DNA of 54,174 nucleotides from Chara braunii (GCA_003427395.1 BFEA01000025.1:2026676-2080849); one strand, 5' to 3'. Shown: positions 26,801-39,474, counted from the stretch's first letter. Notes: a model not told the origin generated them from the letters alone. Numbers and translations: made by a program.

Positions 26801-28515
26801 CTGGCCCTCAAAAGTCAAGCAAGCAATACCCCTCAGAAATAAGTAGCCAGGCCATTCATCTTAGAAACAATGTCTGGCACAATTAGAGAAACACAACAAC
26901 CAAGCCATTCATCTTAGAAACGATGCTTGGTCCTTCAGAAAACAAAACAAAACATAACAGTTAGGCCATTGATTTTAAAAACAATGGCTGACTCTATAAG
27001 ACCCGTTCAATCGCAGGCAAAACCGCCTTCCTGCCAACCTTTCCCCTGATGCAACCCCTTGTGACAATCTGCTTTCAGACAAACAAGAAACTGAAACTCC
27101 CTTTTATACAAACATTCATTTACTTAGCCTGATTTGTGTTCTAAAAGTCAATCCAAAGTCAAAGTAGGGTTGCATGCAATACAGTCAACCAATACACAGG
27201 GACGTGTATAGATAAGGGTTATACTGGGTTTAATAAGGGAAACCAATAGTTACCTCTGAGTTCCCTGTCTCCAGAACTCCTCCTGAGTTCCGGCAGAGCT
27301 CCCGCAATCGGTGGGGCAACCTCCCACAGAGGCCTTGGCGCGGATTACGGGTTGCAATCCCGCCTGCCGCCTTCCTCTCAGAACCAATAGACCAGACTTA
27401 GAGGAAGAAGGGCAGAGGGAGAAATTTTGAGTCTCTCAGATCCAAGAAGGGTGCTCTCAGACTCGCAGGACAGGGCCTCGATGTCTTCGCTCGCCTAAGG
27501 GCCCCGCAATGGTGGCTAAACGGTCAACAATTTTGTCAACCCATGGTGTAATAGCGCTCTGACAGTCCTCTAAGTCGCAGCAACACCCCTTTTCCTCCTT
27601 GTAGAGTCTGATTACTTCCCCAAGTTATGGCACTACACCTACTAATCAGCAGGCCGCCGTTCTCCCAGAGCGCGCAACACTTCAAATAGGATCCGTCCCT
27701 TATGGAGGGCACAACAAACCTTACGGAAAAAGCAACGCAAGGCAACTATGCACACCAGCAAGGCACCGTGGAGCGCGACAACAACCATGGTAACCCTGCC
27801 AGGCGGATGAACCTCCTGCAGCAGTCCACAGCAGCTAGCCAATAAGGCCGTAGCGATGGTCAACAACCATCAGCGGCAGCAGCCTGCTGAAGCAGCCAAT
27901 ACGAGCGGTAGTTGAACGGCGGTGACGCCGCCACAAGTTCAATCACAACGGCGAGCCCTCCTCTCCTGAGTTCGCAGGCTAATCTCGTTGCTAACCGCCT
28001 TTTTGCCTCCGAACGATGGTCAAAGCAGCGCAGCAGCCCACAGGTAAGGCTTCAATCACATCCCCAACTTCCTGTTGTTCTATGCATCGGGGTAAGCGGC
28101 ACTCCGGCCAACCAGAAACATGCCCATAGCTCCGTTGCCAGCCTCCCGTTGTTTCGACTGTTGGCCAATCTCCCAGCCCTGGGGGCTATCCCCTCATTGC
28201 TCTCGTGGCCAACGGTGACTCTTCAGCCCCACAGCCTGGCTTCTCCTTTGAGGTAGGTACTCATGTTTTACGGCCCTTCCACCACCTCCCCGTTCTTTTT
28301 CCCTTGCTACTTTTTTTTCACTCCTCCACAGTCCCGGAGCTATGACCTTAGGTAGAATCCGACGTCACCGACTCAGAAAACACGCTTCCCTCCCGTATTC
28401 TCTCTTACTTATAGTCTCCTTCTCCCTCTCTCTATACGATCTCTAGTGGTCAAACACCCGGTCTTACTCTCGGCCAGGTTCAACCCGAAGTGAACCCCGG
28501 AGTAAAGCGCTCACA
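23850..28515 (-). mobile_element. Element B: TG...CA-bounded ~4.7-kb non-coding element (candidate large solo LTR) carrying a hairpin array
   Basis: The minus strand starts TGTGAGCGC (28515) and ends GCGCCCGACA (23850), forming short imperfect terminal inverted repeats. Minus-strand TATAAAA at 27102-27108. Collinear and inverted relative to element A. Segment 23850-25685 is repeated at 33663-35560. Confidence 0.6.
26155..26995. repeat. Hairpin array B (10 units of CATTCATCTTAGAAACAATG with unique self-complementary flanks)
   Basis: Core starts at 26172, 26266, 26371, 26467, 26587, 26664, 26780, 26853, 26906 and 26967 (last one degenerate). Intervening sequences are non-identical. Confidence 0.92.
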
Positions 28516-31094
28516 CGGAGTAACCGAGGGTGATGAAAAGGCACTATCCTGAACGGCTGCGTGAGGACGACGGGCAACCCTTCTTCCGTGCCCATAAAAG
28601 AAAGGGGAAAACGTGCAAAACTAAAAATTCAGAAAAGGAAAAAAACAATAAAGAGGCATCCAAGAGTGAATCTTCCGCAAAAAAAAAAACCGGAAGAGTT
28701 CATCGTTGCGCTGCCTTTCTCTGTGCGCAGCCCCTACACACCCCGACACCAAGTTTGCTACCCTCCTTCGAACCCGCTTTCACCAATCGAATTAGCAGGA
28801 CCGAATGAAACTTTAACGCGAAACCGGCCAGGTGCGTGCCCCCTTTTCCCTGCGCCTAGCCCCCTCTCCGCCACGTGCATCTGACACTCTTTTTTGTCCA
28901 GATTCACTTCCTATTCTAATTCCAAATCTACTAACTTTCTTTCAAATCCACCTCCACTACTCACTTCGCCCTGCCTATAAACCCATATCTACTATCCTTC
29001 CCCGACTGGTCCCGTCCAGAATCAACTAACACCTTTGACTTTCTCACTCCTTCTTCCCTGCTTCCTACCATAGCTCCGCGCACTAACCTTTCGTCCTTAC
29101 TCCTCACCTACTGATCTACTGCTAAAACTAACCCCGGATTAAGTGTCGCCCGGGCCTAAAACCTTGGACTAACATTTTATCCCACCCGAATCCATCGAGA
29201 ATCGGGCAAGTTATGCTCGTTTCTCTCTTCTTCTCCAACCTCGTTCACGCCATCTCCGCGCAGTCCTTCCTCCTTCTATCTTCTATTCTACTAACCCTTC
29301 ACTCAAGCTTACTACATAGTTGGAATCGCTATGTCAAGAAACCCTTACCCAGCAGTCTTCCCCGCCCGAGCCCAACGAAAGACGAGCGAGTTGCGGGTTC
29401 TCCCTCCCGCCATATCTCCATACCCCGCGCTGCTTCGTTCTCACTAACCTCTAATCCCGCTAACCCATCGCCGAATCTAACCACGGATTCGGATTCGCTG
29501 GCCCGGAAAACCCCTATAACCACCCTCCATTCGTCCGACTTCGTGAAGGATGGAGCGAATTGTCTATTTGTGGTTGCGCCCGACTCCCCGCTCCGCCATC
29601 TCCAGTCGCGTATGTACCTGGCGCTCAGACTCGTCTGGGTTCATCCCTTCTATGTGTGCTCACCGACTGCTCTGGCCGCTCCGCCCCTCCTTCCGCTGCG
29701 TCTGCCCCGTTGCCTTAGCACCCCCGTATTCTCTTACCTCCTTTCTCTTCCACCCCCAACCACCTCCGTCTCTCCCTACTCCGAATGCACCCGGAGTGCT
29801 AACCCGTCCGGGTTCACTCCACTCTTATCCCCCACTACTACTAGCTCAGCACTCGGTAGTAGCCCCTCCCCCACAGCTCTCTGGCATCGACTGTCCGGCC
29901 TGCTGCTTGGTTGCCCCGGCCCGCTGCTGTAGATCAACCGCCGTCACTCAGCGTCACCCGATCAGTCTCGCTGCCCTGTCGCTCTCCCGCTAGTACTCAT
30001 TGCCTGCTGCCTGTTGCCTCCGCTGCTCGTTTTCCCCGCCCCAACACCCATCACTTAGCTGTCTTCGGCAATCAAGTGCACCCGATACGCACCCGTGCCC
30101 AGGTTCCCCTTACCTCCACTGCTGCCTCTCCACCTCATCTCCCCGTCGTCTGTTTCCACTGCCCCTTTTCTCCCGGTTACTCAGCGCCCGACAACAGCGG
30201 GCTCATCAGCCGTACGGGCTGTTTGGCAGCGCCTACTTCCCTACGCGGTATTTTCGGAGGAGGCTAGTTGCTGAATGATCCGGTTAGCTACTTCAAGTTG
30301 CCCCTGCACCTCTGCCCGACAGGCAGCTCGCGGGCCAGCCCCGCCATGGACCTCCACTGGCGTCCTATATGTATGGTCCGGCCGCGCAGGGGCCTTGCTA
30401 ATCTTCTATGTATCGCTCCGAATTTTTACAGGCGCCCCAAGGAACTGGCTCACGCGCACGTTGGCTTCGTCGGCCCGCATCTTAAAGGGGTGGGGCCAAG
30501 GACCCTCACCGATCATGAGGAAGTGCGAACGGGTTCGCGCACTCGAGGTCCTCGACTTCCGCGGCGGCCGCTAAGTCTGGCATTGCGTCCATACCAACGG
30601 GGCGGCGGGACAACGGCAAATAATAAGAAGAAGACAATAACTTATTAAAAGTTTTTAATCGTCGGAACATGTCAACTGAAAGAAAAGGAAACGCTAGCAC
30701 CGTTCTGACGCCGCCGTCGGCAGAAGACCAAGCGGAATAGCCGTCGGGCCTCCGATTCCTCAGTCCCTTCGCACTGCCTTGATAATTTCGCTCGTCGTCA
30801 CTTGATCTCGATCCCTGAACGCCTCGGATGAAAATCCAACGCCGTAACCAATACTGCCAGGCCCGAGTCTGGGCCTAGCTCTGGCGGACGCCTTAATAAA
30901 CGGACACTGCGCGGCGCGCCAGGCTACCGAAACGCCTTCAAAAGTCACTTTGTTGTCGACGTCGTCCTCCGCACGTACGCACAGGTCACAGGCGAGCACA
31001 TTCATCAACGAGACGTAATTCTTTTAATCCCTATTTAATCAGACGGAAAAAAATTTGGCCGGCGGTGACACCGACTCTCCAATCATCAACAAAT

Positions 31095-32537
31095 AAAAGG
31101 ATCACGCGCGCCTCAAATCCGCGCGCCCACACACTCTCTATTCTAGTTAACCATCCAATCAACGTAAATCACGGACGCAGCCGCGCCTAGCGCGATATAC
31201 TTAAGCTTTGAACCAACTATTTTCTGTCATTTGCAAAAACCAGGGAGGATACCCTTGTAAGGGTATTCGCGCCGACAGCGCTCTTTGCCACTCCTGACCA
31301 CTTGACGAATTAGACATTATACTGGGTTGAGGTCCGATGCATTCGGTAGGATGGTGGCTACGGTAACCGATATCCATCACACGGTTCGTAGCAAGGCCCC
31401 CGTGGGGACATCCAGCCCCGAAACCGGAGGGCGTTGAGCCCCCATTCTGTTCACCTCAGTCGTGGCCACCCTGACCCTCCGACGAGCGGGAGGGCGTGGG
31501 CCAGCTACATAATTCCCTGCATGGGCCTACCCGATGTCGATCCCTGTGCAGGTCTTGGTGGTACCAGTAAATATTCAGCGCAAACCTTTGAAGGCGGAGG
31601 TTGGGAACAACTCTACGTGCGAGCACAAGGCTGAGTACAGCTACAAACTTCTCCACCGTGCCCTAGGCCGTTCTGCCTGGGTATAGCCCTCCGTTGTCGG
31701 GTCTTAGTGGCAAGCAGACACCCAAAACTTTCTCAGCGGCTCGCGGTCGGTCAACCTAAAAGCTTCAACAAAATGAAAATAGTAATCATTAAATATATAC
31801 AAAAAAATCATCAAACAAAAATTTGGAGGTTGTACCGCACGGCAAGGAAAATGAGAACAAAGAGAATACTAATATCGCCCTGGCCCTGTTGATCAACCCC
31901 GTGGTCTTGAAAACCAGGGGGATAGCCTCGTCAGGCCCTCTCCCCGTCAGTTTCCCTTTTACTGCTCCGAGGCTCCTGCGTCGTCATCCGATGGTCTCGA
32001 TCCCTAAACCTCCCTATCGAAAGTCCGACACCGTAACCTATAGTGCTAGACCCAAACTGGTTCTAGTATAGGCAATAGCTTATATAAATGGATACCACGT
32101 GGTGCGCCAGTCTACTGAAATGTCCCAAAGCCACGTCTCGGTCTACCAACTAATCCCACACCCACTGACCCTTTCGCGTCCACCGCGTGGCTATACAGAA
32201 CAGTGTCTTCGTCGACGTCGTCCTTTGTACGTATGCACTTGTCATGGTCAAATACATCAATCAGAAATAAAACATTTTTTAATTCTACTACTTTGGTCAG
32301 AAATAAAACTTTGCCGGCAACTACGCGCGCTTTTTCAATCACCAATAAGAAAAGAGATCACGCGCGCCTTAAGTCTGCACGCCCACATACTCTTTACTCT
32401 AGTCAACCATCCAGTCAGCCTAAACGATCAAACTCAACCGCAACTCGCGTGGTGTACTCATACCTTAAACTAAACGTTTTTTTCTGTCATCTGCAAAAAC
32501 CAGGGCGGATACTCGTGTAAGGGTATTCGCACCGACA
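31095..32537 (+). repeat. Direct repeat pair (~31095-31277 and ~32350-32537) ending in a hairpin plus CCGACA
   Basis: Both copies read GATCACGCGCGCCT...TTTTCTGTCAT.TGCAAAAACCAGGG.GGATAC....GTAAGGGTATTCGC.CCGACA. Confidence 0.75.
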
Positions 32538-33662
32538 GCGTTTCCCGCGTCCACGCGGTAGACAATTTATTTGAGGGACGCGAGTTAGGGTCTTGCTCCA
32601 CCACCTCCACAAATGCGTTTTGGTAAGTGGGGTAGTCGCGCCAGCGCTCACCATGGCCAATGTGTCAAAAATAAGTTTTCCTTTGGTGGTGACTTGACTG
32701 TGGTGAGAAATCGCTACAATCCATTTCCCCCCCTCATTGCAGTGCTTCTTCTCAGTCACCCACCGTAAGTGGTAACTCACTGTTTTCGTGGGTCCCGGCC
32801 ATCCCTTCCCTTGTTTTGTAGCACTCGCCCATATGGTGAGTGGTCAAGTGCGGTAAGTGGTTGCCTCCCGGCCAGCACCGATGGTGGGTGGTCAAGTGTG
32901 GCGAGTGGTGGAGCGACCCCCGCCTGCTGGTGAGAGAAGTCGCCTGGTGAGTACTCACTACGAGAAATCGAGTTTGGTGACTGGTGAAGTGAGACCCGTA
33001 GTCTGGACTTCTCTAACTCTTTGGTTATATGGTAGAAACACATGACATACTAGTAAATTGTCTACCTTGTGGGCATGTGGAACGCAAAAAGAATAATAAA
33101 AAAGACTTAAAAATAATCGTCGCGGCGATTCGGTGCATTTTTTCTTTTTGTGCCTCTTGCAAATCGCAGGACTGGACCTTCTGGTAACACCTTGCGTATG
33201 GGACTTCGGACAACGCCTCCCCTTCTTATTTTTATTTATTTTTGGGGTTCGCTTCCACCTGATTACCAGTCGTTCCTTTTTCCAAAAGTCCCGGTTTTAG
33301 AAGAGCTAGTTATAGGTCCTCCGCAATATCATCACGGACCAGTCCTTCATACAATTTTAACCCCTAAGAACCCACTTGTGCGTTAATCACCCGTCGTCGA
33401 AAATATGCCACATTGACACAAGCGTTGAAGCCCACTATACTGCAACCTTAGGAGTACGAACAGATAAGATGCTCGAGTTCAATCGAACGGATATAGTTCG
33501 CAGCCGGTCAAGGGTGCGTTTTATACCACCGTGTCATTTTTTTATCGTTTGGTTGTACCGGTCGCCCGTTCGGGTCCAAATGGTAGCTGGAAGGATGATG
33601 AATTTGTGAGGGAGGGAGGGGGATTAATGGGGAACGGACAATTGTTGCTTGCGGAGGAACGG

Positions 33663-35993
33663 TATCGAGCGCATCGGTCCGGCACCGCACAAAACGGGGA
33701 GGACCCTCCCGACCACGTCACATAGGATTCGGTCTGATCCTCATCGAGATATATACATGGAGCTTCCGCAAACCGCTCCGCCCGAGTGCGCCGGCCATAC
33801 CTCTCGCGAGCCCCTACGACAGGATAGGGCCTACGCGAGGCACGACTTACCTCCACCTTACGGGAGTTGTCACCTCCCTTTAGTGGGCGTATTTTTTTCG
33901 AGCTACCAGTCCACAATACGAAAGCTAATCAATTTTAATCGCACCAGTCGAGGGCGTTTCTCGTTCGCTGTAGCATAGGGGGTACGCACAATTTTACGCC
34001 TCTATCGGACCCGCACGCGAACCGGCGCCTTGGGGGGCTGAGGTCCCAAGCGCGACTCGTCATTGATTGACTAGGACGAATCCCACACACCACGCGTACA
34101 CCACTCTAAAGACATAAAAATTAGAACACGCACGTGCACGCATATATACAGAACGACACAAAACAAACAACGCGACAACACTCCTAGTCCCTTAGTAGTC
34201 ATCCCATAACTCTTCGATGCGGAAATCGGATAAGCGATGCGCGTGAGACTTAGTATAAAACCGAGCGGACGCAGAGCCTTCCCATATCGACTAGCAATGT
34301 ATGAATGTGCAAGCAGTCGTGATGATGGTGTACTATGTAGTGTCCATAATCAAGCGGTCCCTCGTGGGTTTGAGTACCGCTTATGACACTCAAGTGTCAA
34401 ACTCGAAATATCGTGAGGGTCTACCCCTTCACGATATTGCACGGCTGAAGGAACAGTCGTACGGTCTCCACGGCACCTCCGACTTTTAGGCTGAGTGTCC
34501 CGGTGGGCAGGGTAAATAGGCTTTGCGAGGGAGGTGATCCCTTCCATGCAGAGTCTAGGACATGGGATGTCTTGGACAAGGACCTCGAATCCAGGCCCAG
34601 GACTAACGTCCGACTAAGAAATCTCTTTAAGAAGCATACAACAAATAAAGAGGGTTTTTCTCCCTTTCGCAATCTCGACCCCAATTAAACCCTTAAGCGT
34701 GGGTCCCTCAGGCCACGCGAACACCGAAACATAGGTATATACATGTACATACGTAAAAGGGGAATAAGTATGTGACGATTACTTCTCACAATCACAGTGA
34801 GACTCCTTACAACCATATATATGTACGTGATCGTAGACAATCAAATCCAAAGTCCGAACCACAAAACATATCTGCAATCACATCAAAGAGTCAACCAGAA
34901 GTCCACACATTACATGGAGTCAAATTGAACCATTCTCTATACTCATATTCATCGCCCTAGCCATGCAAGCCCTAGCCTCTGTCCAATCTTTCATAATTAA
35001 ATACTCAGTACCTTTGTTAAATGACCATTCAATAAAAGTCCGGGTGAAAACCTTAATAAAATAATAAAACCCACCAGGGCTAAAAGCTTTTAGGTTGAGT
35101 ATTGAGGATGAATTGGAGTTAAGTCGTAGACCGACGAATCGGCAACCAATCTATTATCAGTGATAACAGAAGATGATCCTCATGGGATCAAGCATAATCT
35201 ATTTAAAATCTTGAATCAAACGATCAAGAGGACATGTAACACAGGACATGACAATCCCCAAACTAAATCTGTAAGTCCATTGAGAATAATCTCCATATCA
35301 CAATCTCACTCAAGGTTCTCCTGCAAACTAAGTCTAAGCCTACCTCTAAGCCAGTATCCAACGCAATGTAGACCTATGGCAGCATCTCCCCTATTCAGGG
35401 TGGATTGTCAGAACAGCCACCTGTCAAAATACATGTTAACTTCCTTAAACTATGAAAATTTAGGCAACACTTCCCATAGAAAAAATGTCTTCTCATAATT
35501 TATACTAACTCAAAGATAAAAACAAAAACAATCTTTAAATTTGGAAAGTCAAATTTTGTCTATGCCTCTATCGGACCTGCACGCAAACCGGCGCCTCAGG
35601 GGGATGAGGTCTCAAACTCGACTCGTCGTCGGTCGACTAGGACGAATCCCACACACCACGCGTACACCCTATGCTACAACGAACGAGAAACGCCCTCGGC
35701 TGGTCCACCTCTGCGATTGCAACTGATTAACTTTGGTACTATGGACTGGTAGCTCGGCGGGGATACGCCCACCGAAGGGAGGTGACAACTCCCGTAAGGT
35801 GGAGGCAAGTCGTGCCTCGCGTAGGCCCTATCCTGTCGTAGGGGCTCACGAGAGGTATGGCTGGCACACTCGGCCGGAGCGGCTTGTGGAAGCTCCATGT
35901 ATATATCGCGATGAGGATCAGACCGACTCCTGCGTAACGAGGCCGGGAGGGTCCCGCCCCATTTTGTGCGGTGCCGGACCGATGCGCTCAATA
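33663..35993 (-). mobile_element. Element C: truncated and rearranged copy of the element B family
   Basis: 33663-35560 aligns in direct orientation with 23850-25685. 35561-35668 repeats ~33997-34100. 35669-35993 is an inverted copy of the terminal ~320 bp. Confidence 0.7.
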
Positions 35994-36274
35994 ACGGTAG
36001 CTGACCATTGAGGCCACGGTTGTTGAGTTTAAGATTTTGAAATCGAAACGGCGTGGATCCAATTTTTCCAAATAGAAGGACACTTGGAATAAACCGCATA
36101 TGGGTTCTATTTGAATACAAAACATATATTTTTTATTCGGATTTCGATAAGAAAAAACTAGTATATTCAAATAGAACATTACCTTTTTTTTTTTTTTTTA
36201 GGTTAGCACATGCCCTTGTGCTCCCTGCCACTAACATGTTGCATGTTGCAGGGCTCTCTCTCTCTCTCTCACAG

Positions 36275-36311
36275 ACACACACACACACGCACACACACGC
36301 ACACACATACC

Positions 36312-36382
<71 letters not shown>
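36275..36382 (+). repeat. (CA)n microsatellite
   Basis: Direct reading. Other tracts: (GA)n 13773-13815, (TC)n ~37975-38192 spanning a gap, (TACA)n ~42853-42903, (CA)n(GA)n 51549-51625. Confidence 0.95.
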
Positions 36383-36385
<3 letters not shown>

Positions 36386-37973
36386 TCCCCCACCCCTCTT
36401 AAAGAAGTTCCGCTTTAACCCACTAGAGGAGGCGATATGAGTATCCCTTTATAGTGGAGTTACGACAGAATGCTCCCGTCCATTGGTTGGGAACGACATT
36501 TGCGTTGAACGGGGTCTAACGTCCCATGAACATCGTGAATAAAGCACCAACTGGAACCACCCCCCCCCCACACTCTTGGAGTCATGTATAGAGAATATGA
36601 AAAAACATAAACACAACATAATCAGTACCTTACCCTTCCTCAACCACATCGACAAGCTACGGGTTGTGTACCCATGCCCTTATGGTCACGGTAAGTCAAT
36701 CAGGGGCTACCTCCTTGGGGGGGGAAATGGAGAGGCTACCCCCTAAGGGGCAGAATGGAGAGGCTACCCCCATGTACCTGCCTGCTGACGGCGTGACACA
36801 TACATCTGCAGATTAGTAGGTGAATATAGCAAGTCGAAGACTCAACTCGTACAACCAATAAAGTGTTGAGATGCTGACCACGTTCGAGTCCACTACTGGT
36901 CATTTGAGAAAAAAAACCTAGATTCGTTGTGTGATGTTCAAACCCTCTGTTCGGGGTCAAGGTCCCACCAACCAAATTTTTCGTTCCGTCGCATCTATCG
37001 ATCTTCGGTGCACCGAATAAAATCGAATCAGATAGTTTTTTTTTATAACAAAAAAAACTCGCTCATTTGATTGCGCACACCAAAAGATACGTAGGTGCAG
37101 GGGGGCAGGAGGGAGCGACAATGGAGGACTGGGACTTTTCAGTCAAGATGCCTCGTGGTAGAGGCTCTAAAACTATTTCCTGCATATTTGTAGCTATTTG
37201 GTGTTGAGCATTGTTCGCAACCCTAAAGCTGCGTAAAGTAGATTTTGACGTTTGTGTCAAGATGTCGCATTTTGGCGATAGGTGACCAGAATGCAAAGTG
37301 GTTTTTTAGGGGGGAAAAAAATTGGGGGACCGGTCCTTGGCAAAATTGCGGACTACTTACAACTATTTCTGGTAGAATTGAGACTTTTGGAAAAAAGAAG
37401 AACTCGTCATTGGGTGGAAGCAAACCCTAAAAATAAGTGGGGGGCGTTGGACCGGTCCTCGGGTGGAAGTGGACCCCCAAAAGAAGTGAGGGCATGTGAA
37501 CTGCAAAAAAGGACCCTCAGGCCCAGGCGTTGAGGCTCGTCTTCTCAAAACAGGGAGGTAAGGCGCAACGAAACAAACGTTTTGCAAGAGGCAACTTTGA
37601 CGATTTTTTGTGCTCGGAGGAACCCACAAAAAAATATAAAATTTTGATAATCCATAAATAAGGTCGTGTTATTTCCAGAAAAAATTTTAAAAACATTAAA
37701 AAAAAATTATTTAGACTTCGAAATAATCGTTGCGTCGATTCGGCACATTTTCCATTTTTGCTACTCAGCCATATGTGGGCCATCTGAAAAATTACTCCAA
37801 ATTCATAGAGTTTTCACGCTCAGAAGAATGCATGAAAAAACCTGAAAATTGGAGTTCTCCTAGATTTTGTTGTGATATTTCCAGGAAAAATGTTCCATAA
37901 ATTAGAAAAATAATTCCAACTGTGAAATAAATCGTGGCCGCAATTTTACCTATATTTCAATTTTGCCATTCAG

Positions 37974-38022
<49 letters not shown>

Positions 38023-38146
38023 CTCGCTCTCTCTCTGTGGTAGGACCCCTCTCCGTCTCTCTCTATCTCATTCTTTCTCTCTCTNNNNNNNNNNNNNNNN
38101 NNNNNNNNNNNNNNNNNNNNNNNNNNNNNNNNNNNNNNNNNNNNNN

Positions 38147-38197
<51 letters not shown>

Positions 38198-39431
38198 CGC
38201 GCTCTTAGTCTCATTGCTTTGGCTACCTTAGGGCTGCGTTCTCCGCACCCACACGGTAGACAATTTTGTGTATCCTGGGGCTTGGTCCCTGCGGGTTTCG
38301 CCCCGTAAGCGAAACTGGGTAATGCTCCCAGATGAGGACCCTGGCCTCAAAACTTCTGTTGGAAATATAAGCCTTGGGGACTGAGCCCATGATCTGAGAA
38401 AAAAAGGAAAAAAAAAAGAAAAAAGGAAAAGATACATGGGTGTCAGGGTGAAATCCAGCAACAGAAATGGCCAAAACCAGACCGCTGTCCTGATATCCGC
38501 CGACCCTGAAACCAAAACCCCAGGCCTGAAATTGCCTCACAAACCAGAATTGGCAGACAGCTTCCCTAAAAAGCAAAAAACAGAGAAAGACCCCTTTCCT
38601 CTCCCCCCCCGGGCGAGGTCCCCCACTTACCTTGGTCAATCATTTTTGACCGTTGATTTTTGGACTTCGTAATCCACTGTCGAACATGAATACTCCGTGC
38701 AGCTGGCACCTCGCCGCTGACCATCCATCTCATCTCATTTCATTTCCAGTCCATTCAGTCCCACACCACATTCATCAGTCCCAGATGCAGTTCGAGTAAG
38801 TCCCAAGATTCCAGAGTTCTAGAGACCCACAATCGCCAACAAGGAAAGCGCGGGGTGTCGAGGGGAGCCAGGCCAGAGGTCAGCCCAGGGGACGATGGGT
38901 CGACCCGGTTCAGGTTGTGGTGTGTGTCTACTTGGGAGGTGAGTGAGAACCGAAGTGGGACCTTCCCGCGGTCCCAAGTCCCAAGCAAAAAATTGGGACC
39001 GGGAGTCCGCCGCGACTCGTTTACTGTTGTGTCGTCAGGAGGCGGGGTCGGAATTGAGTCGAGGCGGGATCGAAGAGTGGAACGTCAAACTTGGGGGGCG
39101 ATTCTCGGAAGTGCCGATGAAGTTGGGAGGAGGAGGGGGGAATGTAGCGGAGCGCCGCGCGGCGCTGCGCTTCGACTCGACAGCCATCGCGGAGACGGTC
39201 CAAGGCAAGGCCGCTGGCGCACGCAAGACGACTAACTGGCGCTGGCGCACGCAAGACGACTAACTGGCGCGAGTTGGCGGGAGCCGCGCGAGCGACTGGC
39301 GCTACGTGCGCGGTGTTTTGATTCGAAACGAATTCTCTCGATCAGTGGGGGACGAGAGCGCGACGGAGCGAATTTGCAGAGGAGAGAGGCGGCAAAGAGA
39401 GAGAGTGTGCGGTGTGGCGCTGCTCACAGGT

Positions 39432-39469
<38 letters not shown>

Positions 39470-39474
39470 CGAGG

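Larger units (their letters stand above)
33100..37790. repeat. Related repeat copies at ~33100-33455 and ~37215-37790
   Basis: 33270-33450 is a reverse-complement match to ~37220-37410. AAATAATCGT.GCG.CGATTCGG.CATTTT occurs at ~33112 and ~37721. Confidence 0.6.

Noticed and set aside
26172-26986. True CRISPR array
   Set aside because: Eukaryotic context, no cas genes, spacer lengths vary from 33 to 100 bp, and spacer ends pair across the repeat, which acquired spacers would not do.
29213-30648. Ser/Pro/Leu-rich ORFs as gag or a host gene
   Set aside because: Explained by C/T-rich composition; no zinc knuckle, protease or RT motif.
23850-35560. B and C as the paired LTRs of one intact retrotransposon
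   Set aside because: The copies are visibly diverged, C is truncated, and no PBS, PPT or gag-pol lies between them.
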